A stretch of DNA of 64,000 bases from Epiperipatus broadwayi (taxonomy: Eukaryota > Animalia > Onychophora). Under the pieces are notes generated by a model. It did no database searches. It was given only the letters and a program-made list of their open reading frames with translations, and was not told the origin of the DNA. The stretch spans positions 23,126,001-23,190,000 of the forward strand of contig JAQFVV010000005.1 of the NCBI GenBank assembly GCA_028023455.1. Reading direction: 5' to 3'. Positions 29,901-41,419 of this stretch are shown here, piece by piece. Every line of letters starts with the position of its first letter. Position 1 is the stretch's first letter. The translations under genes were made by a program, and so were the position numbers.

Positions 29901-32900
29901 ACATGGCTCGGCTGTGGGTCAAGAATTTATTGTTTAATAGACTTGAGCCTTGGACCTCGCTGCCTGTTGTGGTGGTTGGCGCAATGCTGGACTTGTCCAC
30001 CCATTCAGCTGAAGCATTTGGGTCTTCGCTTCGGGGCCCCAGGGGTGAAATCATTGGGTGATGGATAGCTTCTCAGTGGCTGGGTCGTGTAGATACTCAT
30101 GTTCGGATACACATTAATCAACATTATAGCAACCCTTTTATGGATATAATTGTTATCAAGCATATGCACTTTATATAATCAATAATTGTTTTACCTTGTT
30201 TGTTACATTGAACACTTTGTAATTCTCAATGGGTAAGTGTACCCAAAAATTTTTGTAATCTTTTTACTAATAAAGGTTACTTTTGAAAGAGAATAGTCTT
30301 ATTTTCTGCACTGATTGATATAATCTAGTGACAGATTCTTTGATAAAAATAAAAAAAATTGAAAATATCAAATTATTATTTTATATTTAGTTTTTTTTCT
30401 TCAGAAGACTCATCACTTAAGGTGTGATTTATTATTCTTTTTATTTTTTATATGTAGTTATTAATTTTTTAAAATAGTAAATGAAATTTTTTTAATAGTA
30501 GATAATTCATTAAGCTTTTTAAATTAATAGTGACTCCTTGATTAAAGTGAATAAAGAATTAGATGTTTAGGAAAATTAATTAAATGTTATAAATAAAAAC
30601 AACTTAATGATTATTCTCAGAAATACAACTTGCATTTTATAATTCAAAACATTCCACAGCTAGTATTTGTAAAATGTGTGTATAAATATATTAATATCAC
30701 CGTCATCATTATCATCATCAAGCATTATCAATCCACTGCAGGATGAAGGTCTCTCCAAGTTCAATCCATCTTTTCCTATCTTCTCCACATCACCCCTGCA
30801 CACTTTCTTATTTCATCCATCTCACATGTGGTCTTTTACAATCTCTTGGAATCCAGTTTAAAATTTCAATTGTCCATCTATTATCATCTCTTCTAACAAT
30901 ATGTCCAGCCCAACTCCACTTCAGTCTTTTAATTTTTTCAATGAGGTCAGTAACACCTGTTTGTTCTCTTACCCATACATTGCGTTTTCGATCTCTTCTT
31001 GTTACTCCCAACATGCATCTCTCCATACTTCTTTGAGTGGTCTGAAGTCTTTGTATTGCTCTTCTATTAAGTGTCCAAGTTTCAGATCCATAAGTAAGAA
31101 CTGGCAAAACACATTTATTAAAAACCTTCCTTTTCAAACACGTAGGCATATTTTCTTTTAGTATCAAGTTATTTCTACCAAAAGCACTCCAAATTTAATT
31201 CTATGATTAATTTCATCCATTGTTTCCATCTGTATTAATAATCTGACCAAGGTATTTGTAACTGTTAACTTCTTCTAACTCATCATAATCAATCGTTATT
31301 TTCATATTTTGAGAAAATCTATTAAATATTACTTGTCTTTTTAACATTTATCTTTAGTCCTACTTTCATCTGATAACTCCTGCAACATTTCCTGTAGCCC
31401 TAAAGCATTATTTTTAAAAACAACTACATTATCTGCAAAATCTAAATGTCTTAAATAATCTCCATTTACTTTCACTCCTTTAGCTTCCCATTTTAATCTA
31501 CAAAATACTTACTGCAGCACTGCTGTAAAAAGTTTTGGAGATATGGAGTCACTCTGTCTTACACCCTTTTCAATGTTGATTTTCCTACTATCATTATGTA
31601 ATCTAATTGTTGCTGTTGCATTTTTATAAATATTCTTTAAAATATGACAATATCCTGTATCTACACCTTGATGATCCAATGCTTTAATCACTGAAGAAAT
31701 GTTTATAGAATCAATGCCTTTTCATAGTCTACAAATCCTAAGCATAATGGCAACTCATATTCATTTGTCCTTTTCTATAATTTCTCTCAATACCTGGATA
31801 TGATCTACTGTACTAAAACCACTTTTAAATCCAGCTTGTTCTCTTGGTTGGTGGAAATCCAGTGTTTTCTGTAGACGAGTTGTAATTATCTTAGTAAAAA
31901 ATTTGTATAAAACTGATAAAAGACTGATAGGTCTGTAATTTCTAATATCTTCTTTATCACCTTTTTTAAATATTAATATTGCATTCTTCCAATCATCTGG
32001 TACATCTTTATCATTTAGACATTATCACAGTAATTACTGTTTAATGACTGTGATGTAATGGAGAAATATGGAAGTTGTCTAGTCTATAAAAAACATTTCA
32101 TCAATAGTCATTAATTTCATTCATATTTGCAAATCTATAGAAAAAAACAGTGCACACATCATCTTGTAAATAATTTTCTGTACTTTTCAATGCTATATCA
32201 GACGTAGCTTCACATATAAATATTTTTAATTATATTTTTACATTATGTTATGTCAAAATGTGTTGTTTCAATCCAAAAATAATTTTAATTACAAAAAGAA
32301 AGTGGCCAAAGAATTATATATTGCAATATATTTTTTCATGCAATGTATTGTACAAGTATAAATTGACTCGATTCAATTAAGTATATTTTGTTTTTCAATC
32401 TTTATATCATTATTAAAAATAATATTTGTAAATAAATTAATAATTAACATTTATTGTTAGGAAAGATCCCTTAAATATACAGTTATATTTGAGATTCTGT
32501 GGAATGGGAGAAAAATTCTCACTTGCAAAAAAAAAAAAAAAAATTAATATTAATGAGGGGGTAAACAAAGCATTTCATTACACCCCCCTCACACTCATTG
32601 TTTAGTATGGAATATGTTTAGAATTTTAAAGATGTTTTATTTCTTTATTTTTTACTCATTATTATTATACTTTCTTAGCTTTATTTTTTTATGGTGTCTT
32701 AATTTTATGGAGCATTTAATGTTTTCTTTACACGACACATTAAATTATTGTGAAAATTGCATCTATGACAAGTATATATGTCAGTACAGCAGTTTCACTT
32801 ATGAATTAAAATACTGGAGTTAATATATAGTGATTAGATATTTGCAAACCAATATAAACAAAAAGAATTTCAAATATCATTCTTCTCTATATCTTAATCA

Positions 32901-35110
32901 TTTTTGTCCAAAATTTGCATTTCAATTAAAAATACTTTCTTATAAAACAATCATTATAGATTCCCATGAAACCTTGTATTTTGATTAGTAAGTCTTTTTA
33001 AAGTTCAGCACAACTTTGAGTTCATCATATGCTCTAATTTATTTACATTAATAAATATTATTTCAATTTGCTCCCGAAGATATTCCAATTTATTTAATAA
33101 AATATTGTGTTGTAATAGGATTAAAACAATTACAGGGATGAAATATAATAAGCCAAGTTACATGAGTTTGAAACTGATGCACTGAAGTGTTTGCAGTGAC
33201 TTTCAACGTTTCAAAATCCAACGAAAAGAATGGTGAGCAAAATGGTATACACATTTGTTTCAATTTTTTTTAAAAACTAGTCATGTGGGAAGATATCACA
33301 TTAGGACCATAATTTGTCAACAGTAGGTCAAGGAATGGTGGCTCCTGGAAAAAGTGTTATTTATACGTAACTAGTCCTGGGATCAAAACAAGACAAAAAT
33401 TTAATGGAAAATAAAAGTGATAGAAATAGTGCAATGACATTTCACTTCTAATTTTTTCAAAATTTCTCCACAACACTTCTACTCTACTAATATCCTTGAT
33501 GTGCATATATTTGAAATATGCACACATCCACGAGACATGATATTTTGTTTTTACACACACATACTGTTTTTGGTGATTGGTAGGAAAATATTTTTTCTTG
33601 GGCTGGCAAAATAAGATATCATTAATAGCAGTGTTAAATTTTCTATAAAACATTTATTTCATGTATGAGAATAATTGACATTTTAATTAATCTTAAAGTA
33701 CATAGACTATTATAAAAGGCTCATCTACCTTTTGTTAATTGGAATGTGCATAGTTATGCATTACAAATGGGTGTGCAGTTTATTAGAAATGCCGGTTCTG
33801 GTCGACTAGTTACTGCATGCCGCTTGATGGCTCTGTTGCTAGTCAAAAACCAATAGATATAACATTACCGGGCTGATTTACAATTTTGTTATTATTTATT
33901 CAAAAACAAATATAACGCTTTCACCTGTTTTTTTTTATAGAGATTTACATTTATTTTTCTTTAGAACATTTTTTTTTAAAAAAAGTGCATTTACCTTTTT
34001 TTGGGGAAAACATTAGTTTCTAAATTACATTTTTTTTTACATTATAGGGGACCGATGGTTTTGACGATCCAAAGGATCTGCCAAAACATGCGCTAGTCTG
34101 ATCAAACAAAAATAAATAAATATTAGAAACATTCCACGACGACATTTTGAAAACTATTTAAAAAAAATTTACGAAACATTATTTAATAATAATTTACTAA
34201 GGCTGTAACCTTAGAAATAAGCGTCTGAAAAATACGAAGGTAGGGACCTCTATAGGTCTTAATAAAATGTAAGAATTCCATTTTAAAACTACCTTCTGAT
34301 CAAACCAAGTTTATGCTTTTAAAAATGACAAACCACAGCTGTTTTAGTAGTCTCGTAGCTGTTCTTGCACAAAATTCCTTTTTCGCGTGAATTCTATAAA
34401 ATGGTACTGGGACGTATACTTTTACAATTTGTTTCACCTTAAAAAGATTTTTATGGAAGTGCGGCGACGGACTTACAATTATTACTACCTAAAACTATGT
34501 CAGGTCGTGTGAAAAATCATTACTTCAAATGCACATGAAAAGAGTTATGGCCACTTGAATTTTATACATCCTCATATCATACCGTAGCGATCTGTGAAGT
34601 GTGCGCTATTCGCATAGTACCGTGAAGCACAAAAGCGGACTGTAATATTTGTGTGCAACACCATCTAGGCCTGCTTAACGGCTAATATGAACAGAACTGT
34701 TGTATAGATGCATAAACAGCATATTTCCGTGCTTTTGCATGGAATCAGCAACATCAAGCGGCAGCTAATCGACGAGTACCAAAATGCCAATTCAAAGTTT
34801 AGAAATGTGATGACTGTGCAGATAATGTAAAGGCATTCATTGAAGAAATGCATCACTCCATTGCAAATTCCTAATTATTAGTGTGACATTGTATGAAGTA
34901 GTTTGAGACTGGAACTATTAATTAACTTTTATTAAGGTTTCAGGCTTAAGAAATTTATTTTTTAAATGACTCATATATATAGAATTAAATCACCATTTTT
35001 TTTTTTTTTTGCAGAGGTTCCGGAATTCTTTCAGAAGCTCTCTACCTGAAATCCATCCCCTTGCTATGCAAGCTTTTGATCAACCGGATGTTAGAGAGAC
35101 CAATGTCTGA
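5777..35110 (+). CDS. SLC6 (SNF family) Na+/Cl--dependent neurotransmitter transporter, 3' part of a spliced gene; resembles invertebrate glycine-transporter-like members
   Basis: Five exons (5777-5917, 10076-10175, 10344-10444, 24473-24643, 35015-35110) have AG/GT boundaries and compatible phases (0,1,0,0). They join to [13 protein letters not shown]...[22 protein letters not shown]...WCYG-ANRL...CW..APVLIL-AVWIFS...[10 protein letters not shown]...SILCIP...stop, the typical SLC6 TM8-TM12 region. The upstream exons were not found and are presumably outside the window. Confidence 0.95.
6250..7420 (+). pseudogene. Ty3/Gypsy integrase relic with polypurine tract and start of 3' LTR
   Basis: Motifs LHQSHSGI...YFW (zinc-binding), HLDYAGP...[10 protein letters not shown] and [14 protein letters not shown]...[13 protein letters not shown], with stops and frameshifts. 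The purine run agagggaagagggaa (about 7383-7397) is followed directly by TGT. Confidence 0.85.
9640..9760 (-). mobile_element. RTE-like LINE fragment
   Basis: Aligns by eye with 30868-30985 (aattgtccatc...tcaatgaagtcagt...gttctcttacccat). Confidence 0.6.
10076..10175 (+). CDS. SLC6 exon (TM10): [33 protein letters not shown](G)
   Basis: Acceptor atttcag, donor G|gtaagt; 100 nt, phase 0/1. Confidence 0.95.
10344..10444 (+). CDS. SLC6 exon (TM11): (G)[33 protein letters not shown]
   Basis: Acceptor ttttag, donor TTG|gtaaga; 101 nt, phase 1/0, after a 168-nt intron. Confidence 0.95.
10485..11960 (+). mobile_element. 5'-truncated non-LTR retrotransposon (RT C-terminal part plus CCHC finger), degenerate
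   Basis: [16 protein letters not shown] (RT domain-4 like), [15 protein letters not shown], and [18 protein letters not shown] (CX2CX8HX4C) at about 11622-11675; multiple stops and frameshifts. Confidence 0.85.
13130..13300 (-). mobile_element. Possible LINE APE-endonuclease relic
   Basis: The - frame reads [12 protein letters not shown]...[17 protein letters not shown], loosely resembling the APE 'xYxPP ... PxIxxGDFNAHHxxWGS' motifs. Confidence 0.3.
14030..14408 (-). repeat. LTR-like repeat copy A (putative 3' LTR)
   Basis: Diverged direct repeat of 22270-22742. On - it begins TGT at 14408, just after a purine-rich tract (gaggcgaggaaatgaaa). Confidence 0.65.
14480..15500 (-). pseudogene. 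Ty3/Gypsy integrase core and C-terminal relic
   Basis: The - strand reads [20 protein letters not shown] and [22 protein letters not shown]; ORF 14499-14873 contains WFLGVVI...RRHIYHL. Confidence 0.8.
15830..16060 (+). mobile_element. RTE-like LINE 3' fragment
   Basis: [10 protein letters not shown]...RDYK resembles [19 protein letters not shown] of the 30808-31167 ORF. Confidence 0.45.
17554..18717 (+). mobile_element. Young 5'-truncated Penelope-like element (GIY-YIG endonuclease) with inverted pLTR
   Basis: ORF 18067-18426 reads [30 protein letters not shown]...E...N (GIY-YIG). Inverted arms 17556-18053 and 18213-18711 differ at only 2 positions. A candidate 7-bp TSD AATATTC lies at 17554-17560 and 18711-18717. 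Confidence 0.9.
18600..18648 (+). ncRNA. Candidate type-I hammerhead ribozyme (variant core) in the Penelope pLTR; mirror copy on - strand at 17619-17667
   Basis: ATA-[UUGAAAA]-G-GGCAAA..TTTGCC-[GAAA]-AAGGCTTT-T-A-TAT: 6-bp stem II, intact GAAA, U3/A8 in place of C3/G8, short stem III and only a 3-bp stem I. Confidence 0.4.
19050..22050 (-). pseudogene. Ty3/Gypsy gag-pol relic (gag, protease region, RT, RNase H, integrase N-terminus)
   Basis: Gag LSTYFEP...[10 protein letters not shown] (21710-21916), RT remnants around 20200-20800, RNase [16 protein letters not shown]...AYAS (19874-20071), integrase [10 protein letters not shown] (19332-19520); heavily disrupted. Confidence 0.9.
22270..22742 (-). 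repeat. LTR-like repeat copy B (putative 5' LTR)
   Basis: Direct repeat of 14030-14408 with an extra ~120-bp internal segment; shares the TGT boundary (- strand) at 22742 and lies just upstream of gag. Confidence 0.65.
24473..24643 (+). CDS. SLC6 exon (TM12): [57 protein letters not shown]
   Basis: Acceptor tttttttttag, donor GAG|gtattt; 171 nt, phase 0/0; contains the SLC6-typical YPxWAxxxGW motif. Confidence 0.95.
26395..27560 (-). mobile_element. Degenerate RTE-like LINE (endonuclease end to RT)
   Basis: ORF 26416-26607 [10 protein letters not shown]...[10 protein letters not shown]; homologous to 31480-32020. Confidence 0.85.
29100..30060 (-). pseudogene. Probable Ty3/Gypsy gag zinc-knuckle / protease / RT-start relic
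   Basis: GC-richer island. The - frames give KCFS*MGG..QHC (knuckle-like), [10 protein letters not shown] (LDTG-like), PGLGND (ILGxD-like) and HITLHTG (pre-RT 'HxIxTG'), in the expected order. Confidence 0.5.
30710..32020 (-). mobile_element. RTE-like LINE, best-preserved copy (RT C-terminal half, 3' end and (GAT)n tail)
   Basis: ORFs 31509-31691 ([14 protein letters not shown]) and 30808-31167 ([12 protein letters not shown]...MERCMLG...[15 protein letters not shown]); a HLDFAD-type motif (HLDFADN) at about 31427-31447; microsatellite tail at 30695-30722. Confidence 0.92.
33794..34780. mobile_element. Non-autonomous TIR DNA transposon (MITE family 1), copy 1
   Basis: Imperfect TIRs (ggttctggtcgactag..tgccgcttgatg / catcaagcggcagctaatcgacgagtacc); interior homologous to 42418-43227. 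Confidence 0.75.
35015..35110 (+). CDS. SLC6 terminal coding exon: [31 protein letters not shown]
   Basis: Long polypyrimidine tract plus cag acceptor; phase 0; 31 codons then TGA. The sequence fits a cytoplasmic tail. Confidence 0.85.
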   Translation, partial: RFRNSFRSSLPEIHPLAMQAFDQPDVRETNV

Positions 35111-35254
35111 TGCGTTGATAGTATTAGACAGCATCTCTTCTATTTGGTTTATATCGTATATAAAGTTAAAAATATAGATTATTTTTTTATGTCACCGTTA
35201 CAAATGGTATGTCTTTCACTCAACAATTGTGTAAAAAAAAATTTTTTTTAGAGG

Positions 35255-35260
35255 ATTAAA
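35255..35260 (+). promoter_or_regulatory. Candidate polyadenylation signal (ATTAAA) for the SLC6 gene
   Basis: ATTAAA 145 nt after the stop, followed by a T-rich tract at about 35277-35290. Such hexamers are common in AT-rich DNA. Confidence 0.25.
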
Positions 35261-35399
35261 AAAATTTTTAAAAAAGTTTTTTTTTTTTTAATTATGAAAT
35301 GTTTAAAGGTGAAATGTATATACATTCACATGATACGCTGACATATAAAAACTTTTGTTTTTACGTTGAATAATTCTTTATATAGATGGAGTTATTGAA

Positions 35400-36330
35400 T
35401 CCAAATGCATGCAGTTTTCTTTTTTATGGATAGAGAAGTGTGAAGATGTAGGAAGAAATATGGTTTGTCTTGAAGAAATGATAGATATAAGTATTTAGGT
35501 ATTCTATAAAATGGATAAGAATTAGTAGAGAAAAATGCAAAATTAGAATGGGAATAACTTAAGATCTGCCATATTTCTCATATAAATATACAAAGAATAA
35601 TTTAGAAAGGCATGATATGAGGTGCTTGGTATTAGACAGGGAAATCAAATTTTTAAATAAATTACAAAAAAGAAATATGTAGAGATGTATTAGGTGATGA
35701 ACTGTGGTTAGCATATTTCAAAGTGAAATGAGGGATTTTTTTTTTAATAACGAAAAGCTAAAAATATTCAGAAGGTTACAATGTATGAATGAAAATAAAT
35801 CAATCAAAAGTAATGCTTACTTGGATTATATGAAAAGGACAACAAATATAGTGGGCAAAAAAAAGTTTTATAATATGAAAATTTAATATACAATTTTTAT
35901 TTCTATAAGAAATGGAATAAATGTGTAGAGAATTTCATTTCAGTTGCATAAAAAGTGAGAGGAAAAAAGCAATTAGAGAAAGATTGGTAAATGTAGTAAA
36001 AAAAGTACATTATATAAAATATGACAGAATAAGCTTTAGATACATAGGGAAGGAATGCAGTTTATATGAAGATGGCAGTATAAGAATATAGACATTTATC
36101 TTTAGAGTCTTAAGGCGTTGAAAGAGGGTCAGAATAAATTATATGGAGAGTGAGAAATTTGAAGAAAAAAGATAGTTTTTGTTTAGCTCTTTATAATAAA
36201 AACTGGTGATACGAAAAGTGATAATGGAATTAACAAAAAATTTTATTAAAACGGGATAGAAGCAAAAAAATGAAACAGGGCTTCAAGAATGATTTAATAA
36301 TGTGCAAAAAGTGAGTTTATTGTGGTATAT
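35400..36330 (+). mobile_element. Possible highly decayed non-LTR retrotransposon fragment
   Basis: Purine-rich; remnants (FLNKLQKEICRDVLG...) loosely parallel the element at 10485-11960. Confidence 0.3.
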
Positions 36331-37539
36331 AACAGTTTCCGAGAGGAAAAATTTAACTTAATAGCATTCCAGACATATGGTCTAAGCATGGAAATTTCTG
36401 GACTTCATTAGGGAAAACCATTTTTCACATATACAATATCTCTCGTCGTCCTTTAGGCATAGAAACTTCATCTAAAACAAAGCCATTTTACATCATATAC
36501 ACTTTAGCAAGAATATTATTATGCTATGCAGAAAAATCATAAGATTTTTCTTGAAATTATACCAAATTAAAAAATACGTAATCTAGATAATTAATACTAA
36601 CAATAGTATTAAAATTTTCTCATCTGCTTACAAATATATATAGGAATGTGTCATTGGTTCCAGAGAAAAAAGTGATTTTATGAAGAACAGGATCAACTTT
36701 CCTTAGATTCAATTCTCAATTAGAACTTTAGCCAAAAAAAAAAAGTGATTTTATATTTCACCATTTTCATTGTTGACTACAGATTTTCCAACTCACAAAT
36801 TCTCTACATTACTCCAGCAAACTTCCTTATCACTTTTTTTAAAATACTTTTATAATTTCTTGGGATGTAGTTTAGTGCTTTACTTATCCATGTAGATCTT
36901 CAAAGTCTTAAAGGACCCAAGAACATGTTCTTAGTATTTCAAAATATGTTCTTGCCCTTGAAGTTATTATTACTATGTAATTATTCATATGGTAAATGAA
37001 GATTGCTCATCAATATGCACCAACCAGTATGAATTTACTAATCTTTATTTCCAAATTTAAGATCAAGATAATATAGTATTCCTTCCCAGCTATCTGATAG
37101 TTCTTAACTGAGCTATATGTTGGATTTACTTAGAAATAGGATGAATCGTGGGTGTGAATGTTGATTCTCCTTTATATCTGCAAATCATGACAAATAAAAA
37201 GAAGTTGATTCTTATTCCTTGAAGGCAATGGATATTAAGAAACCCCTGGTTATAGACTTAGATTTCTACCATTGAATGGCAATTTTTTGTGTGGATATCT
37301 ATAATTGTAGATCACTTTTAAATGAAGTCTGTATGAATTGGAAAAATCTTGACATTAAATGGGGCATTGTTGGGCTTAACCCAAAAATAAAAAAGGAGAG
37401 ATAAATCATTTGAAAAATAAACAGTTCATAAACATTGGAAATACAAACGGACTGGGATTCATTATAAAAATACAAAACAATGTTGTAGGGTTGACGTTAT
37501 ATCAAATAGAGTAGCAAGATTAGTTATTCAGATTAATGG

Positions 37540-37900
37540 AAAAGATCAATTGTAAATAATTCAAGCTTATGTCTCTACAAGTTCTCATTGTGATGATGTG
37601 GTAATGTACATTGATCAAACCAAAAGTAATTTAAAATTGTCAGGGAAGATAATAATGCTACAATTAAAAATCAATGAGATGGTTAAAGTCCTGCAAATAA
37701 ATATGTCTGCGGAGACAGAAACTAGAAAATTCATACACAGTAAATTTGAAACAAAAACTGTGTAATCTGGACCAACTGATGATTGCTGGTTTGGCATGAA
37801 ATACGTATATTGGTGATTATTTATCTTTTCGACATATGTGTGTTCAGGTGTATCAGTGTTATGAGATAGTGTGGAGAGTGGTGGGTCATGTGAAAGTCTG
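37540..37900 (+). mobile_element. Old Penelope-like relic (decayed GIY-YIG followed by hammerhead motif)
   Basis: HCDDVVMYIDQTKSNLK resembles the CxxCxxxYIGQTKRxL of PLE endonucleases and is followed about 150 nt later by a hammerhead motif. Confidence 0.55.
37771..37814 (+). ncRNA. Minimal type-I hammerhead ribozyme motif
   Basis: ACCAA-CTGATGA-t[TGCT ggttt GGCA]t-GAAA-TACGTA-T-A-TTGGT: perfect 5-bp stem I, canonical core, palindromic ATACGTAT stem III and AUA cleavage triplet. The 10.1-11.1 pair is a U.U mismatch. Confidence 0.7.
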
Positions 37901-38199
37901 TGCTCATACCCTGTCTATTATATCATTAATTCTTGTTTGAGAAAAAATACTAAGAATTATCTAAATGATGATGATACAACAGAATTGGATTATATTTGAT
38001 TAACAAAACAGGTTACTTAAAAACGATTGTATTTAATACATTTAACATAGGAAGCAATCATTTTATTAAAATAAATGTTAGTGCAAAGTTAGATGTTTTT
38101 AATATAGTAATCAGCAAGTAGTAACCCTAATCTTCAGAAACCTTCAATGAATTGGAACTAAAATTTGCAAATGTTTTAAAATATTTAACATGTGAATGA

Positions 38200-39250
38200 T
38201 AGTTCGGACATGAATGAGATCGATGTGAAGATATTTGAACTCTACCAAAAACTGATACACAAATAGTTGATAGAAAAAAGCATCAACTCACTAGAACAGT
38301 TTCAACTAAAACAAAGAAAATGTGTGAAAAAAAGGAAGGATTGGAAAATATTTAAAACTGATGTATTTAAGAGAATATCAAGAATTCTATAAGATAGTGT
38401 AAAAAGATAAAAACAAATTTCCAAAGCTTAAAATGACATCTTATTATTTTGAAAGGCAAGGGGGGTCACTATAAAAAAAACTCATCATCATAAAAACTAT
38501 GGAAGAATTATTTAGTAATAAAAAATAATAATACAAAAGAGAATCTATGAGAAGAAAAGCTGCAGGAAATGATGGAATTATTTATAGATGTTTTAAAAGC
38601 ATGTAAAGAAATAGAGAAATTGTAAGCAAAGTTATATACCAAATGTCAAAATAAGAAAAGATATACTAAATTTGAAGAAAATCTTCATAATTTATCTAGA
38701 GAACTTTGGACTAAACCAAAGAAACTGGATTTAAAACTGATTATAGTACCAGAGATTACAAAAAGACCAATAAGCATAGCTTTGGATTTGTAGATTATGA
38801 AAAAGCATTGATTTTATAACTTTTGACAGATTAAGAAATTATGTAAAACATACATATAGAAATGCAACAGTATATAAGAAGAGTTAAAAGAAAGAACATT
38901 GATGTTTTTATAAAAGAGGTCAACAGGATGATTCCAAAATTTTTTACAGCAATTTATTAAGAATTGTTTTGGGAATTAATATAAAAAAAAACTGAAAGAA
39001 TAAATGAAGATTATCCAAGTCCATCTAGATTTTGCTGATGTTAGTTTTTGCAAATAACTTTTCACAAAACAGGATATTGAATTAAAATAAATAATACTGA
39101 CTTTTCAAGAAATAAAAAATGATAGTAATGAATAAGTTAATAACTATAAATTCCTTGGTCAAATTATTAATAGAAATATAGTAAAATGCTACAATCCAAA
39201 ATATTTTTGATGGATTTAAAACAACTATGCAATAGTAATAATGTCCTGAA
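38200..39250 (+). mobile_element. Degenerate RTE-like LINE RT region
   Basis: KAAGNDGI (about 38555), FVDYEKA (about 38785) and HLDFAD (about 39021) motifs, with stops and frameshifts. Confidence 0.8.
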
Positions 39251-41419
39251 GTTGAGAAAAGTAAAAATCAGTCCTTTTTATGATCATCTTTAATCTTGGA
39301 AAATAAATGACTTTAATAATTTTACCAAAAATTACGTGTCTAGTTCATTGTTAATTTGCATTTATGGTAAATTTCCAGCTTTCTACATTGGCATGATTAA
39401 TCAATGGACAAGTAATACAACTAGAATCTCAGATTAGTTTCTGAAACATTGAATTACACATTTAACCCAGGACCTATATAGCTATAAATCTGGCACTACA
39501 TCAGCAACTATATATTTTGTCTCGAACAAAACAAATTATACAATTTTCTCAGTTAATACTTTAGTCAATTCCAAAACCATCTATATAAGCATGAGTAATC
39601 ACACCAAATGATATTACTAATAAAGTCTCCAGACTAGTTTTTGGATATTATCCTTTAAGAAATGCATATTCATCTAGTCATTTCATTTTAAATTCTTAGC
39701 TTGAAAGCTAAGGATTTAAAAATTTTAACATCCTATAGTTTTGAACCCAAACCAATCTGCTTGCCTAACTAGTCGGCAATCTTAGTAACTTCAGTCACAC
39801 TTTGAATACAAAAGGATTGCACATATCAAATCAAAGCATCAATATTTAGATATATACTAGGCAAGAAGTGAAAAATCTTAGGGTGTTGAAATATTCAAAT
39901 CATTAGCTTGAATAGTAAAAGATAACTCTGGATGTTCTAGTATTCCTCATTGGCGATCTGAAGTTAGGACTACAGAGTAAATAGAATGTATTACTCCCAA
40001 TGCAGTTGATGCTTATTAAATATTCATGCTTAAGTTAATAACTTTAGAACTTTGACAGACGCTAGATTTTTTTTATTTAATAATTATTATTTGCCAATAT
40101 GAATCAAGCAGGTGTTACATTGGATTGTTTCTCATAAAATCAATATAATTTATTCCTGATGCTATTTTATCATTTGAATTATTCAATTTTGTTAAGATAC
40201 TAATGGGTGAGTGAAAAGTGGCATTAAACTAACAGCGATTTTGTTTAAAACAAAAAATGAACATGGCAGTTTCAATACAATGCTTGATTGTTAATAATCG
40301 TTTATAGTTTTTATAATTGCATATGACTAAGTCATCAATGTTGAATTTGACAGATGTAATGGTTTCTATGAAGAAATATTAATATGTCAATTTAAGACAG
40401 AATTGTTAACAAAGCCATGCACATTTAGCAGTCTCACGACTATATTATAATTTATGTAGTGTTGTTTTCTTTATTAAATTTAGTAACATTAATCTTTTAA
40501 TAGTGTCTTCATACCCCAATATCTACCTGAGCTTTGATTCATTATTAAATAGAGACAGAAACAAAAATGCTGTCTAGATTTAAGTTAAAAAAAAGAAATT
40601 TTAATTCATGTTATGAAGTAATGCTACAAATACTACAACTATTATTAAGTCCCATTTAACATAGAAACCGAATCCATGTCGACAATATATTTCACTTTAT
40701 ATTATCGTATATTGCTTATTAAATATTTGATAATGTTTGACTTATAATAGTGGCTCAGAAACATCATTCTTATTTCCTAAATGATGATAAAGTTGTTAAA
40801 GAACAGCTCGCAATCTTACAACCATTGAGAAACAAGTTTTCTACACAGTGATAGACTGAACTTCCAAAGGTAACAGCAACAGAATATAATATTTTTAAAA
40901 TATAATATTACTGTTGATCGTTAATTCTTTGAAGTATTTATTTGAAAGAGATAATGCGAATATTTGATATTCATGTTTAGAGTGAAAATATTTTGGTCAA
41001 TTAATATATTGGTTCTTTTAACTTCTTTCATGGTACACTTTGAAAATGTTTTCTTTAGAATAGATCGCGCTCTTTAACTATTGCTAATTGCGATTTCTCA
41101 GAATGTAATTTTAAAAATGAGATCATTAAGAGACTGTATAGCGGACCTCAAAGTCAAAAATAGTTTCAGCTTGTACATCAGTCTTTATTAGCAAGATGTG
41201 AGAGTCATATCTCAAACTTCTGTATGCAGTTGAGAGAGTGTAGTAGTAATTAAATTAATAGTTAGATGCATGAGAATCCAAGTGTTGGCTTGTATTTCCT
41301 AATTTTTAATTGCAAATTTTTCTAGGTATCAATTTATGAATTTCATCGAAGTTTAATTTATTTTTTACAGTAACGCTGTAATTGCTTATTATCCAGAGCA
41401 TATTTCTAATATAATACTT

